Positions 27,481 through 40,506 of a DNA stretch of 64,000 bases are shown here, one piece after another. Made by a program: the position numbers and the translations under genes. The stretch covers positions 27,714,001 through 27,778,000 of the forward strand of contig OX597830.1 of the NCBI GenBank assembly GCA_951406725.2, given 5' to 3'. Within the stretch, counting starts at the first letter, position 1, and each line of letters begins with the position of its first letter. This DNA comes from Octopus vulgaris. Taxonomy: Eukaryota. The notes under the pieces are model-generated. The model had not been told where the DNA came from, ran no database searches, and saw only the letters and a list, made by a program, of their open reading frames with translations.

Positions 27481-27699
27481 CGTGTGTGTGTCTGCGTTTG
27501 TGCCCCTAACATCGCTTGACAACCGATACTGGTATGTTTATGTCCCCCGTAACTTAGCTGTTCGGCAAAAGTGACCGATAGAATAAGTACTAGGCTTACA
27601 AAGAATAAGTCCTGGGGTCGATTTGCTCGACTAAAGGCGGTGCTCCAGCATGGCCGCAGTCAAATGACTGAAACAAGTAAAAGAGTAAAAGAGTAAAGA
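27249..27699 (+). mobile_element. SINE family A
   Basis: Match to 2243-2671. Confidence 0.9.
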
Positions 27700-27929
27700 A
27701 TACCGATTCAAGGCGGTGAATCATCAGAACTATAAGAACATCAGAGCGTTACCTTGCGGTATTTGTTCTGTTATGAGCTTAAATCCCTCCATGGCTTACT
27801 TGGTTAGTACGCTTAACCCGTCGCACAGTTTAGCAACATCTGATTACATCACATATATTTATCGGAGCCGACTATATAATCTTTCGGCCAAGCTTTCCTG
27901 TTTCAAGATACATTTCTTCTCCCCACCCT

Positions 27930-28375
27930 CCCTGTATGTATTCCTTGTTCCCCGCCTCCCAACAATCATGAAGTCCCTGCAACCCTGCAACTGGTCATAC
28001 GCATTGATTTCGTTCCTGAATATAGTAAAAAAATTCAGATCACCATTTATCAACCCTCAGCTCACCTTCAGCTATTCTACGTCAGGTGTTATTCGATTAT
28101 CCAGGGCTTTGTTTTCCGAGTGTTGCCAGTCTTAATACTGATATTGGTACTCTGTGTTGGTTTATTCCAACCATGTAGCATATCAAGCTGAGCAGCAACT
28201 ATTTAATTTGAAGGACCAAACTATTGTAATTAAGTTTTGACGCACATCTTCACATTTAACTATTTTGTTGGGCCTGAAGAGGCGATAGATTTTTGTCAGG
28301 CTTCCGTTGTAGAAAGAGTTCATCCCCATTCATACATCTTTTATCACTGGCCAAAGTTCGGTGCCATACTTTTTG
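27930..28375 (-). pseudogene. Decayed RTE-clade LINE ORF2 C-terminus
   Basis: KYGTELWPVIK..NSFYNGSLTKIYRLFRPNKI and YMVGINQHRVPISVLRLATLGKQSPG*SNNT*RRIAEGELR resemble the RTE pattern LYG.E.W..FH..CLR.I..I.WP..I / GHV.RM...R.P...L.W.P.GKR..GRP..TWRR. Confidence 0.65.
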
Positions 28376-28508
28376 TTGCAGGCTTAGTTGGGTGAAACTG
28401 TAGTATAGCAAGTAATGAATGGTCAAGGAATGCATACTGGGAGGGTGGAGAGAAGAAATGAATTCTGATTTCTACATAAAATTGTATAACCTTTTGCTTC
28501 TAAGTGAC

Positions 28509-28546
<38 letters not shown>

Positions 28547-28807
28547 TTCACAACATGGACTAACTTGTGTATGAAAGGCAAAGCATGAATGTTGCTTTTT
28601 TTATACAGTTGAGGATAAATTTAGATAACACACAGGCAAGCAAACTGACGTGTACTCACACATACGCAAGCACACGCACAGGCAGGGAAAAAATTCAATG
28701 GTGTTGAGAAACGCAGGTGTCCATTTTGATGTTCAGCTTAAGAACGTTAGCCTGTAGTTCTGCATTGTTCTGTAATATAAGCCATCTCTCCGGCTATCTA
28801 TCTATCA

Positions 28808-28883
<76 letters not shown>

Positions 28884-28941
28884 GTCTGCCTGTCTGTCTA
28901 TCTATCTAACTATGAAAATGTTTATGCATGTGCAAATAAAA

Positions 28942-28986
<45 letters not shown>

Positions 28987-28989
<3 letters not shown>

Positions 28990-29009
28990 TTTACTCTTTA
29001 CTCTTTTAC

Positions 29010-29044
<35 letters not shown>

Positions 29045-29083
29045 GTCACAATCCTAGGAGACAAACGCAGACACACAACACAT

Positions 29084-29126
<43 letters not shown>

Positions 29127-29218
29127 CGACAGCTTCTTCAGTTTCCGTCTACCAATTCCATCATATGCCATACTGAACCCGGAACCATGTGGTTGGTTAT
29201 ACTACACAGCCACTCCTA
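28987..29218 (-). mobile_element. SINE family A with internal deletions
   Basis: Tail (ttttactc)n, internal microsatellite and head retained. Confidence 0.7.
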
Positions 29219-29804
29219 TATATATGATTGCATTGTGCATGCAGCGATGAAATAGATTCTACAAAAATACTAAAAGCAACAAGCCGAAAACAAAACAAAA
29301 AAAAGAATGACAAAAAAATAAAAACACAGGAAAAAAATTCAAAATGAAATTTGAAAAATTGTTTAAAATAGAATTTCTACTGAATAGCAACAGACATAGT
29401 GATAAGGTAAGTGACTGGATTCCAGCTATATAAGAAATGCACGACGTCAGTGCACAAGATACGGGAATGGATATATGAGACGAAAAAAATTGAAGAACAG
29501 AAATGCGAAACCGAAGTTTATGGAGAAATACAAGAAAGCCTTTCACTCAGTAATGATGAAAAAGTCATGACCGATTTGATTGAATGAATGTGTCTGTCTG
29601 TTTGAACGCATATATTTATATGTGTGTTTATGTATGTATGTATGTATGTATGTATGTATGTATATGTGGGTTTATGTATGTGTGTATGTATGTATGTATT
29701 TATGCATCTATGTACAAATGTATGTGTATATTCATATACGCATGAATCAATCTATCTATTCATCCATTGCTCAATTCTCCATTCATCTAGCCATCAACCA
29801 ATCA

Positions 29805-29880
<76 letters not shown>

Positions 29881-29942
29881 GTCTATCTATCTATCTGTCT
29901 GTCTATCTCTCTTTCTCTCTCTCTTTCTCTCTCTCTATCTAC

Positions 29943-29979
29943 CTCTGTATTCAGCTCTGTGTGGCTAATAAAGAAATAT
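29943..29979 (+). mobile_element. 37-bp 3' stub of the Tx1/L1-clade LINE
   Basis: ctctgtattcagctctgtgtggctaataaagaaatat matches the ends at 31042-31080 and 32521-32559. Confidence 0.7.
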
Positions 29980-29991
29980 ATCTATCAATCT

Positions 29992-31080
29992 AAAAGAGGC
30001 CGAGGAAGGGCGAATGGCACCGCAAGTGTCGCGTTACTCTCAAGCAGCTATGCCGTCCCGGGTTGACCGTGAGCGACTTCAACACAACCAAAGCATTCTG
30101 GAGGAGATTAGTGGAAGGGAGGTATGACGACGATCTCGGGGCGAACCTGGGAGTCGACAAGGAATACCTGACCCGCCTGTTCAAGAAGACTTTAGGGCCG
30201 GGGCCTATGGACAACTTCCAGAGATCCTTGGCCTGGCAGTGCTATCGAGAAGCGCTACCCGTTCGGGATAAGCTCTACAGGCACGGCTCGCGAAACATGG
30301 GGCCAACCTGCTCGAGATGAGGTCAGAGCGACGAAACCGTTCTGCACGCACTCGTACAGTGTCCAGCCATTTCCGACCTGTGGGCCTATGTCGAACGACT
30401 GCTATCGCGTGTGGGACGAATCAGTTTATCCACCGAGTCTATCGTGAATATTGCCGTGTCTCCTTCCTTGAAATGGGAAGGAAGAACCATTTTCATCGTA
30501 CTTGTGGCTCTGGCGAAAGAATGTTATGGTGGACGCGTCTGAGAGGTCTAGGGACAAACACTTTCCTCTCTGGTGAATCTCTATCAACTTCTTCAAGCAT
30601 CACTTGAAGAGGAAGGTGAGAGTAGAGAGGAAAGTTTTGTTTATCGAATGTTCAAAAAAAAAAAATAAAGAGATTGGTGAATGTAGCAAGGATGGCACGT
30701 GCGAATGACGGAACCTGCTTGAGCATAATCCTATGAACCAAAAAAAAAAAAGAAAGGAAAAAAGAGAGTCACTTACTGTAATGCGTTTTTTGCATGACAT
30801 TATTGCCCGAGGTTATCGCGGTCTTTTCCGTAGGCTTTTGTTTCCACGGATAAATCTAATCTGTTTCCCCTTTTTACACTATGACATTTCTGTGATACAC
30901 GATCCCTATTGATCGGCTTTTTTTTTTTTTTTAACGATCCATTTTGATCGAATTTTTGCCCCCTTTCTTTTTTGTTTTTTTGTTTTTTTCTTTTCCTTCT
31001 CTTCTTCCCAAAAAGAAAAGCTCTACTTTGTATTTTGTCTCCTCTGTGTTCAGCCCTGTGTGGCCAATAAAGAAACATAT
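29992..31080 (+). mobile_element. 5'-truncated Tx1/L1-clade LINE copy 1 (ORF2 zinc-binding region plus 3' UTR)
   Basis: FQRSLAWQCYREALPVRDKL..TCSR*GQSDETVLHALVQC with stops and frameshifts; AATAAA then (TATC)-like tail. Confidence 0.88.
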
Positions 31081-31212
31081 CTACCTTTCTATCTGTCTAT
31101 CTATCTGTCTATCTGTCTGTTTGACTACATATCTATCAGCGTGACTGCATGTTTGTCTGCTTGTCTGCCTGCCAGTCTCTCTACGTCTATTCGCCCTTCC
31201 ATCCATCCATCC

Positions 31213-31281
<69 letters not shown>

Positions 31282-31294
31282 CCTATCTATCTAT

Positions 31295-32559
31295 AAAGGA
31301 GGGCTGGGCATGCCGTGGTTGATGATGCGCAGACACGCGCTGGGACTGCGACATCTCTGGCTCTATGTAGACGACGGTGAACAGGTGTGTCGCCGTTTGT
31401 GAGGCACGCTTTCCCGCAGCTCGTCTCCATGACCGAACTGCAGTCGTGGATCAAAAAGAGGCCGAGGAAGGGCGAATGGCACCGCGAGTGTCGCGTTGCT
31501 CTCAAGCAACTCTGCCGTCCTGGGTCGACCTTGAGTGACTTCAACACAACCAAAGCATTCTATAGGGGTTTAGTGGAGGGGAGGTACGACGACGAGCTCG
31601 GGGCGAACCTGGACGTCGACGAGGAGTACCTGACCCGCCTGTTCAGGACGACTTTCGGGCCAGGGCCCATGGACAACTTCCAGAGATCCCTGGCCTGGCA
31701 GTGCTACCGAGAAGCGCTACCCGTTCGGGATAAGCTCTACAGACACGGCTCGAGAAACACGGGGCCGACCTGCCCGAGATGCGGTCAGAGCGACGAAACC
31801 GTTCTGCACGCACTCGTGCAGTGTCCAACAATTTCCGACCTGTGGGCTTGTGTCGAACAACTGCTGTCACGTGTGGGACGAGTCGGTTTATCAGCTGAGT
31901 CTATCGTCAATATTGTCACGCCTCCTTCCTTCAAACGGGAAGGAAGAGCTATTTTCATCATCCTTGTGGCTATGGCGAAAGAATGTATCTGGTGGACGCG
32001 TCTGAAAGGATTGGAGACAACACTTTCCTCTCTGGTCAATCTCTCATCAACTTCTTCAAGTACCACTTGAAGAGGAAAGTTAGAGTAGAGAGGCAAGTTT
32101 TGTCTAGCGAATGTTTTAAAAAAAGATGGCTGAATGTAGCAAGAATGGCACGTATGAATGACGAAGCCACCTTGAGCATAATCCTATGAACCCAGAAATT
32201 GAAAACAGAGAGTTGCTTATTTGCAAAAAAAAAAAAAATATAACACGTGACTTCATTGATCGAGGTTACCGTGGTCTTTTCCGTAGGCTTTTCTTTCCAC
32301 GGGTAAACCTCACCTGTCCTCCCCTTTACACTTCATATTGACATTTCTGTGATAACGATCCCTATTGATCAATTTTTTTTTTCCTCTCCCCCTTTTTTTT
32401 AACCCCTTTTTTTTGTCCTCTTTCTCTCCTTTTACGATCCCTTTTGATCGAAACTCCCCCTTCCTTTTTTTTTTTTTTTTTTAACCTTCAAAAGAAAAGC
32501 TCTACCTTGTAATTTGTTCTATCTGTGTGCAGCCCTGTGTGGCTAATAAAGAAACATAT
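31295..32559 (+). mobile_element. 5'-truncated Tx1/L1-clade LINE copy 2
   Basis: KGGLGMP motif, CCHC zf-RVT-like CPRCGQSDETVLHALVQC, IWWTR motif, ORF2 stop at 32189, 3' UTR, AATAAA, (TATC)n on both sides. Confidence 0.9.
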
Positions 32560-33047
32560 CTATCTATTTATCTATCTAAAGTTGCGCTGTATCTACCATT
32601 GTGATGTATCCGAATACTTTCTTCTTTATGTGTAGTCTGCCTGCAAGTTTCTCCCCCATCTAACCCTCTCGCTCTCTGTTTAGTTGTCGGCACTTGCTTT
32701 CTTCCGCCCTATTTGCTTTCAGATCTTTAGTAAAGAAATTCTTCAACATACTTTATGAGAATAAAATGTTCAAACTACTAACCCATTCCACATTTTTGAA
32801 GACTTTCTATATGAATTAGGTAAACCTGTAGAAACGGTAAGCCAAATATTTTTACTAGATATCTTCTTCTTATTACGAAATACTTATCATGTTTGTCCTA
32901 TTTATATTATACTAAATTATGAGATACAAGATAAAGACGAAAACGACGATCGTCTGCATCTATATGAGGTTAAGAAACTAGCGTTTTATTCTGTGAGAAA
33001 ATGAGAATGGGATTGGGTATTAATTAGAGTATTATCCTTACCATGTG

Positions 33048-33365
33048 AACGTGGCTTAGTTGTTAGGGTGCTCGGCTCACGATCGCAAGGCCGTGAGTTC
33101 AATTCCAGGTGACTCGTTGTGTCCTTGAGCAACACTTTATTTCATGTTGCTCCAGTTCGCTCAGCTGACGAAAATGAGCAGTACCTGTATTTCAAAGGGT
33201 CAACCTTGTCACATTCTTTGTCACGCTGAATCTCCTTGAGAACTATGTTGAGGGTATACGTATCTCTCTCCAGTGCTCAGTCACATGCACGTTAATTTCA
33301 CGAGCAGGATGTTTCATTGGTCGGATCAACTAGAATCTTCGTCGTCGTAGCCGACGGAATGACAT
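33048..33365 (+). mobile_element. tRNA-derived SINE family C
   Basis: A box gtggcttagttg, B box gagttcaattcc, followed by gtgtccttgagcaacact; 3' half shared with 26117-26296. Confidence 0.8.
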
Positions 33366-33901
33366 TTGTACTTATTGTGAATGTGACTTCAGTGAGACTT
33401 GAAAGCTGACCATAAAGAGCGGAAATAAGTACAGCAACACATCTAGTCCGACTCTTTCGGAGTCACAGCGATGGCAGCCTTGTGTTGGTACTTTGTTTAT
33501 CAACCACAAAATAATTCTTTCACCTAAAGGCTGAGACATTTTGTCCAACCTCCTACGAATCATGCCATCTTGCTGATTTTGACCACAAAATAATGAAAAG
33601 CAAAGACCTCGGCAGAATTTAGACGCAACACAAGAAAGTTTTAAATCTAACACATGAACGAAAGACTCAACTGACCACCATAAGATTTCGTATCTTGCTA
33701 AAATTAACTCTGCATTTTTCCATTCCTGTGTCGATAAACAAAGTACTTGTCATTGGTTTAGAGATATTTCTCTTTCTGTCATACCGTCTCTCCCTCTGTA
33801 TGAATCGGCTTTGTTGTTCAATAAGATTGGAGACCAAAAACAACATCTTTTTCTCTAGAAAGAGACAAGAGGTGAATGACTGATACTAACAACCAGGTTT
33901 T

Positions 33902-33919
33902 ATAATAATAATGATGATG

Positions 33920-33983
<64 letters not shown>

Positions 33984-33997
33984 TGATGATGATGATG

Positions 33998-34070
<73 letters not shown>

Positions 34071-34072
34071 TT

Positions 34073-34119
<47 letters not shown>

Positions 34120-34125
34120 AATGAT
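33902..34125. repeat. (AAT)n/(GAT)n compound microsatellite
   Basis: Direct reading. Confidence 0.95.
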
Positions 34126-34387
34126 CAACTGACATGGTACTGGTACCGTAGAAAGACGGCAGAATATGCAGTAGAGCACGGATAGCTGATAAAAAAAAAT
34201 AGAAAGGCATGCTTTTAACAAGAACTAACGTAATGGATAATGCTAGAGGATTCATTAAATGTATCAAGTAGAGCAGAAAACAATTTTCCAACAAAATTAC
34301 ACTAAGAATTAGTTGGCTCATGAGTAGATCAATACATACAATCAACTGTTTGATATACATACACACATACATACATACTCATAGATA

Positions 34388-34456
<69 letters not shown>

Positions 34457-34478
34457 GTCTATATATTTATAGACATAA

Positions 34479-34523
<45 letters not shown>

Positions 34524-34537
34524 TGCATACTCATACG

Positions 34538-34582
<45 letters not shown>

Positions 34583-34800
34583 TTGTACATATAGACACAT
34601 ATATATGTAGATATACATATATATATGTCTATGTATATGAATACACCCGTATATATATGTGTGTATATACATACATAAACACACACACACGCACATAGAT
34701 ATATGGTATAACGAAATACACAAACGAAACGAATAATGAAAATAAATGGTAAATAAATATATATAAATGTATATATATATATATATATATATATACATTA

Positions 34801-34835
<35 letters not shown>

Positions 34836-35086
34836 CGTGTATACATTCATACTGCGCATATTACCTTGCTCTGAATATAAGAATATATTGTTGCTTGCAG
34901 CTACATGCGTATCAATACACCTGTATAAGGCCTTCATCAGCAGGTGAAGAAGAGAACGCCTATTTGGCAATTACACTCATTATACAGATTAGCGTAAACT
35001 GCTGAAATGTCGTTATTATCAAATAGCGTCCTTTTCGTTGTAGATACTTATTTTGAAATACACACATGTGTATCTATCCATCTACT

Positions 35087-35179
<93 letters not shown>

Positions 35180-35209
35180 TCTTACATACATAGATAAAAA
35201 CATACATAA

Positions 35210-35253
<44 letters not shown>

Positions 35254-35480
35254 TTGTTTTTATTCGGAGATTTCAGCGAAGATGCAATCATTGAATTCCA
35301 AATTGCTCAGAATCAAGGTACTAAATTAACAAAAATGAATAGAACACATATTATATCAAAGGACCTAATCTATGGAGACACACATACACGCACTAGCGTA
35401 GACCCATATCGAGATTCATCCATCATACACACACACTCACACATACACACACATACATGCATACATATATATACATACAT

Positions 35481-35540
<60 letters not shown>

Positions 35541-36335
35541 AATTATATATATATAATAGGCATACATAAGCGCGTGTTTGTGTGTGTGTTTGTGTGTGAG
35601 TGTGTGCGTGTTCACGAAGAAGTGGGTAGAAAGGAGATGGTGGAATTGAGAAAATTAAACACTGCACAGCAACGAGATTCTTGTAAAATAACATTATATT
35701 TACAGTTGGATAGTTGAACTTGCCCAGAAGCAAATTGAAACTGGAGGGCTAGTAATACAAACCCAAATACAATTTCTTAATGTTCATTATACCTAATTTT
35801 GTTGCCTTTCCTACGTGGCAGAATCATTAGTCTTTTTTTGTTTTGTTTTTCGATGAGAAATTTTTTATTTGACATTTTCACACAAAAGAAGCTTTTTACC
35901 GATTTTATTCTTCTTATCTTCTTTATTTTGCATCATTCTATTTTCATTGCATCTATCTATTCTCGTATTCTTGATTGCTGGCCAGATTAACAATTCTCAT
36001 ATTCTTCATTACACAACAGATTAAACCTAAGGAGGAGATAGAAAAATCTATTTAATGTTTTAGATTTTTTTTCTGTTTTTTTTTTATTAATAATTTTTGT
36101 TTGTTCGTGTTGATGTTGTCGAAGTTTTGTTATTCCTTTTCTCACAAGTACAGATCTGAAAGCAAGGGAATATGGCCACATGACGGTCCCTAAGACAAGA
36201 CCAATTTTACGATCGAATTAACCTAGCGAAGACAAACGTACATCAATTCTTGCAAAAGAGAAAATAACACATACACGATTCACTTTATTTTCTATGTCTA
36301 TCAGCTTATTTTTGATAGTATGAATGTTTATCTAT

Positions 36336-36443
<108 letters not shown>

Positions 36444-36515
36444 GTATCTATCTATCTATCTATCTATCTATCTCTATCTATCTCTATATATATATATATC
36501 TACCTCCCTCTTCTT

Positions 36516-36582
<67 letters not shown>

Positions 36583-36697
36583 GTGTGCGTCTGTGTATGT
36601 ATATATACATTTATACATATTATATGCAAATACCTATAAATATATATATGTATATATATATATGTATAATGTATGTATGTATATGATATATATATAC

Positions 36698-36791
<94 letters not shown>

Positions 36792-36820
36792 ATACATACA
36801 TGTATAATGGTTGGTGATTT

Positions 36821-37024
36821 AGGCACGAGGCAAAATATTTTGAGGGTAGGGGTTAGCCGATAACCATCGATTGAGCACGTCACTGGTACTTCGTTTTATA
36901 GTTTCCGGGTAGGGGTGCGGTGAAAATCCCTGAAGCAATTTGAGCTCAAAACGTAAAGAATTAGAAGAAACTCTGAAATGCATTTTGTCTGATAATGTAA
37001 AAATTCTGCCAGCTCACTGCCTTT
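36821..37024 (-). mobile_element. SINE family B, diverged
   Basis: aggcacgagg...cactggtactt...tttgagctcaaaacg...aattctgccagctcactgcc. Confidence 0.6.
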
Positions 37025-37045
37025 ATGAATGCTTATAGCCACAAA

Positions 37046-37446
37046 GGCGCAGGGTGACTGTGTCATAAGTAGCTTGCTTACCAACCACATGGTTCTGGGT
37101 TCATTCCCACTGCGTGGAACCTTGGGCAAGTGTCTTCTACTATAGCCTCGGGCTAACCAAAGCCTTGTGAGTGGATTTGGTAGACGGAAACTGAAAGAAG
37201 CTCATCGTATATATGTATGCGTGTGTATATGTTTGCGTATCTCTGTTTGTCCCCCCCAACATCTCTTGACAACCGATGCTGGTCTATATACGTCCCCGTA
37301 ACGTAGCGGTTCGGCAAAAAGACCGATAGAATAAGTATTAGGCTTCCAAAGAATAATTCCTGGGGTCGATTTGCTCGACTAAAGGCGGTGCTCCAGCATG
37401 GCCGCAGTGAAATGCCTGAAACAAGTAAAAGAGTATAAGAGTAAAG
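37046..37446 (+). mobile_element. SINE family A, full length
   Basis: Match to 2243-2671. Confidence 0.9.
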
Positions 37447-37452
37447 TTTGTA

Positions 37453-38062
37453 CGAGGGGCGTTCAATAAGTAATGCCCCTGACCCACTTCCCATAGAAGT
37501 AGAGCATCGAAACTTGGAACAGTTATTAGTCTTTTTCTACATAGGAACCACCCAGAGTTACGCATTTCTCCCATCGTTTGATGCAGCTCTGAAGACCGTT
37601 TTTGTAGAAGACCCCAGCTTGGTCCTCCAACCACGACGTGACTTCAGAAATCAAGGCTGCATCATCTGGGAAACGCTTTCCTTTCAAAAACAACTTCATG
37701 GCTGGAAGAGGTGAAAATCAGAGAGTGCAAGGTCAGGAGAGTAGGGGGATGGGGGATGAGTTCATAGCCGCACGCCTGTGCTTCTGATCTGGCGACACGC
37801 GAGTTGTGGATCGGAGCATTGTCCTGCAGGAGGAGGATGCCTTTGCTGATCTTGCCCCGCCTCTTGATTTTGATAGCTTCTCTTAATTTCCTCAAAAGTG
37901 AAGCATAATAGACTCCTGTAATTGTGGCACCCTTTGCCAGGAAATCTGTCTTCACTACTCCGTCCTGGTCCCAGAAGACGGTAAGCATGACCTTGCCAGC
38001 GGAGGGCTGCACCCTTGCCTTCTTTGGAGGGGGTGAGTCACGGTGCTTCCACTGCATTGACT
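37453..38062 (-). mobile_element. Mariner (DD34D) transposon, 3' half with one TIR
   Basis: SMQWKHRDSPPPKK..SAGKVMLTVFWD..LLQDNAPIH..HPP(frameshift)YSPDLALSDFHLF; D-34-D spacing; TA then cgaggggcgttcaataagtaatg TIR. Confidence 0.92.
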
Positions 38063-38067
38063 CGCAG

Positions 38068-38377
38068 TCACGACTGAATGTGTGTCATGAATAGCTGGAA
38101 GTTGATCCGGTGCTTTTTCCGAAGGTCATCACTGTTCATGAAAGCTGGTACTCGGAATTTGCAGATGTGTAAGAGGTGAAGAAAGAAAATAAAAACAATG
38201 GAGGCGTTAAAAGGCATCACTTCGCAAGAGTTCCAGCCTCGAACAGTGGAAAACGCATTTGCACCGATGCATTTCATGAAATGGAGAATACCTTGAAGGT
38301 AATAAAAGTGTAAAGATGTAAAACTAAGTGAATAAAATAACATTGTAAAATTTCAGTTTCTTTGGGTACCCACTCAG
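38068..38377 (+). mobile_element. Second, internally deleted mariner remnant
   Basis: RLNVCHE*LEVDPVLFPKVITVHESW (cf. ITGDESW) joined to FADV*EVKK..EQWKTHLHRCIS*NGEYLEG; decayed TIR ending tacccactcag. Confidence 0.7.
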
Positions 38378-38391
38378 AGTAGATGAAATTA

Positions 38392-38620
38392 AGGCGACTG
38401 AAGAAGGGGAATTTTCCTTGTTTTGTATGTCCTGTACTCTATTTTTTCGTTGTTTAAAAGGAATGTCTATTTCCTTGGTTTTGTGATTATGTTTTCGTTT
38501 CTCATTGTGTTCGACGTTTTTTGGGTGTCCTGTACCCATATATGCATGTATATATACATGTAGAGGTAGGTACGTACATATATGTATATATATATATATG
38601 CATATATTTTATTTATTTAT
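38392..38620 (+). mobile_element. Repeat family P fragment
   Basis: Inverted homologue of 52123-52340 (ctgaagaaggggaattttccttg...gtcctgtac...). Confidence 0.7.
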
Positions 38621-38645
38621 TAATTTAAATATATATATATATATA

Positions 38646-38845
38646 GTTAATTCAAACAAGAAAGCACAAAAAACACAACAACGCGAGGATGTGGAACAAA
38701 TATAGTATTATTGGACGCTCAGGAAAGAAGGAAAGAAGGAGGGTTTAACGTTTCGAGCGGAGCTCTTCGTCGGAAACATAGGAGAAGGAAAGATCCAGAG
38801 AAGGAAAGACAGAGGAAAAAAATCGCCAACGGTACACACGAGGTC
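38646..38845 (-). mobile_element. Penelope-like terminal fragment with hammerhead
   Basis: Between (TA)n tracts; same family as 59064-59156; HHR on the minus strand. Confidence 0.6.
38743..38777 (-). ncRNA. Minimal type I hammerhead-like motif
   Basis: gttt-CCGACGA-a-gagc(tcc)gctc-GAAA-cg-TT-aaac. Confidence 0.55.
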
Positions 38846-39033
38846 ATATATATATATATATTGTTGTATTTCGGAATGGTCATTTTGCCAGTTTTGCCAA
38901 TAATATATATATGTATATATATATTAATCAAAGGACATACTGAGTATGTTTACCTACTTGAAATAACAGTCACAATTCTATTTAATCCGCCGAAAAAATA
39001 ACACTCATAATAACTACAGAAATCAACACTGAG

Positions 39034-39091
<58 letters not shown>

Positions 39092-39314
39092 CACTGTGGT
39101 AACCACAGGTTTCAAATGCTATTCGACTACATTATTGCTGAAAGATTATCATAAAACTGGGAGTGTCAGTAAATTCAAAAGGTAAGACATTCAATGAACA
39201 AACGAACGAACCAACCAACCAACCAACCAACCACTCAACGAACAAAAGATCTCAGATAAGCAAAGAGAAAACAAAGAAACATGTTAGAATGTGGAGAAAA
39301 TATATGTATTTATA

Positions 39315-39361
<47 letters not shown>

Positions 39362-39547
39362 AGCATATATAAAAATATATAAAGGTTGTTCTAACACAAC
39401 CTATACGTTAAGCTATTAATTTAATTAATTTAATAAATTTAATTTTTACTAGGCCTAATGGCTATTTGTGACGCCAGTGCCTGAATAGATACTGAGATTC
39501 TATATATAATTGATGAGGGTTTCGGCAGTTATTGCACTGCTCGACAC

Positions 39548-39594
39548 CTGTCACTGAGAAGCTCATAGCCAGCTGAAATCACGTGATCTGGCAG
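39548..39594 (+). ncRNA. Type I hammerhead-like motif with shortened core
   Basis: ctgtca-CTGAGA-agct(catagcc)agct-GAAA-tca(cg)tga-TC-tggcag; all three stems pair; AUC site. Confidence 0.55.
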
Positions 39595-40067
39595 ATCTAG
39601 AGGCTACAGCAGAGGATTTTCGTCTGTCACCTATGTAAGTTCAAGTGCTTGTGTAAACCAAAATTCTTATGAGATCTCAATGTAAATAAAGCCGATATAT
39701 GTGTCCAAACAACCTCTACCTTGAGTGGGAATCATGATTGTTCTCTGTCGCTATCAGTTATTTGCAATTAAAATTTAACAAATATATATATCTTCTTCAC
39801 ATTCTCTGTATATACATATGTGCGCGCACGTGCATATGTGTACGCATGAGTGTATGTATATATGTATCTACAGTGAACGGTCCGCGGTCTCAAAGCGACG
39901 AAAATATTTTGAGTAATTAAATTTAAATGTTGAAGCGAATCTAACGGTTTTTGTGTGTTTCTGAAATGGCGTATAAACACCTTCCACGCCGCAATTGTTT
40001 TCGTTCCAGCACACGATCTCAGATCAGGTCACTTGCTATGCAAGTACATCTCCGTAATATCTATCTA

Positions 40068-40101
<34 letters not shown>

Positions 40102-40102
<1 letters not shown>

Positions 40103-40506
40103 TAGCAGTATCGCCCGGCGTTGCTCGGGTTTGTAAGGGAAATAACTATATAAGCAATTTTAGAGATGTAAAGTATAATAGCCATCTCAATATGACTAAC
40201 CACAAAGGCGGGGGGGGGGGGGTGTTACTGTAGCTTTTTACGTTCTGAGATTTAATAATACATTTTTAGAGAGTTACTTTCCTTATATAATAGCAAAAAA
40301 ATGCATTAAAAATGGGAAAAAATTATGGTAAATTTTTTTTTAAATCGTAGACTTATCGTAGACGCGCGCTAATACCCAGAAGGGCTCGATATGAATCACG
40401 ACTATAAGATACCCGCTTTTGGTTACACTGCACCGCAAAATGTGGGAGTAGTTAGGAATCTAAATCGTAGGAGACAGACACACAACTTCACTTATATATA
40501 TAAAGA
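40102..40506 (-). mobile_element. Non-autonomous Helitron
   Basis: Minus strand A|TC...cccgagcaacgccggg hairpin...CTAG|T; no TSD. Confidence 0.85.

Noticed and set aside
28279-28300. CTGAAGA hammerhead-core-like heptamer
   Set aside because: No downstream GAAA or stems; lies within the RTE remnant
33048-33110. tRNA-like sequence (also SINE A, B and D heads)
   Set aside because: No complete cloverleaf; each continues into a SINE body, so these are not tRNA genes
33372-33720. Possible decayed LINE endonuclease or host exon
   Set aside because: No diagnostic motif or convincing splice sites
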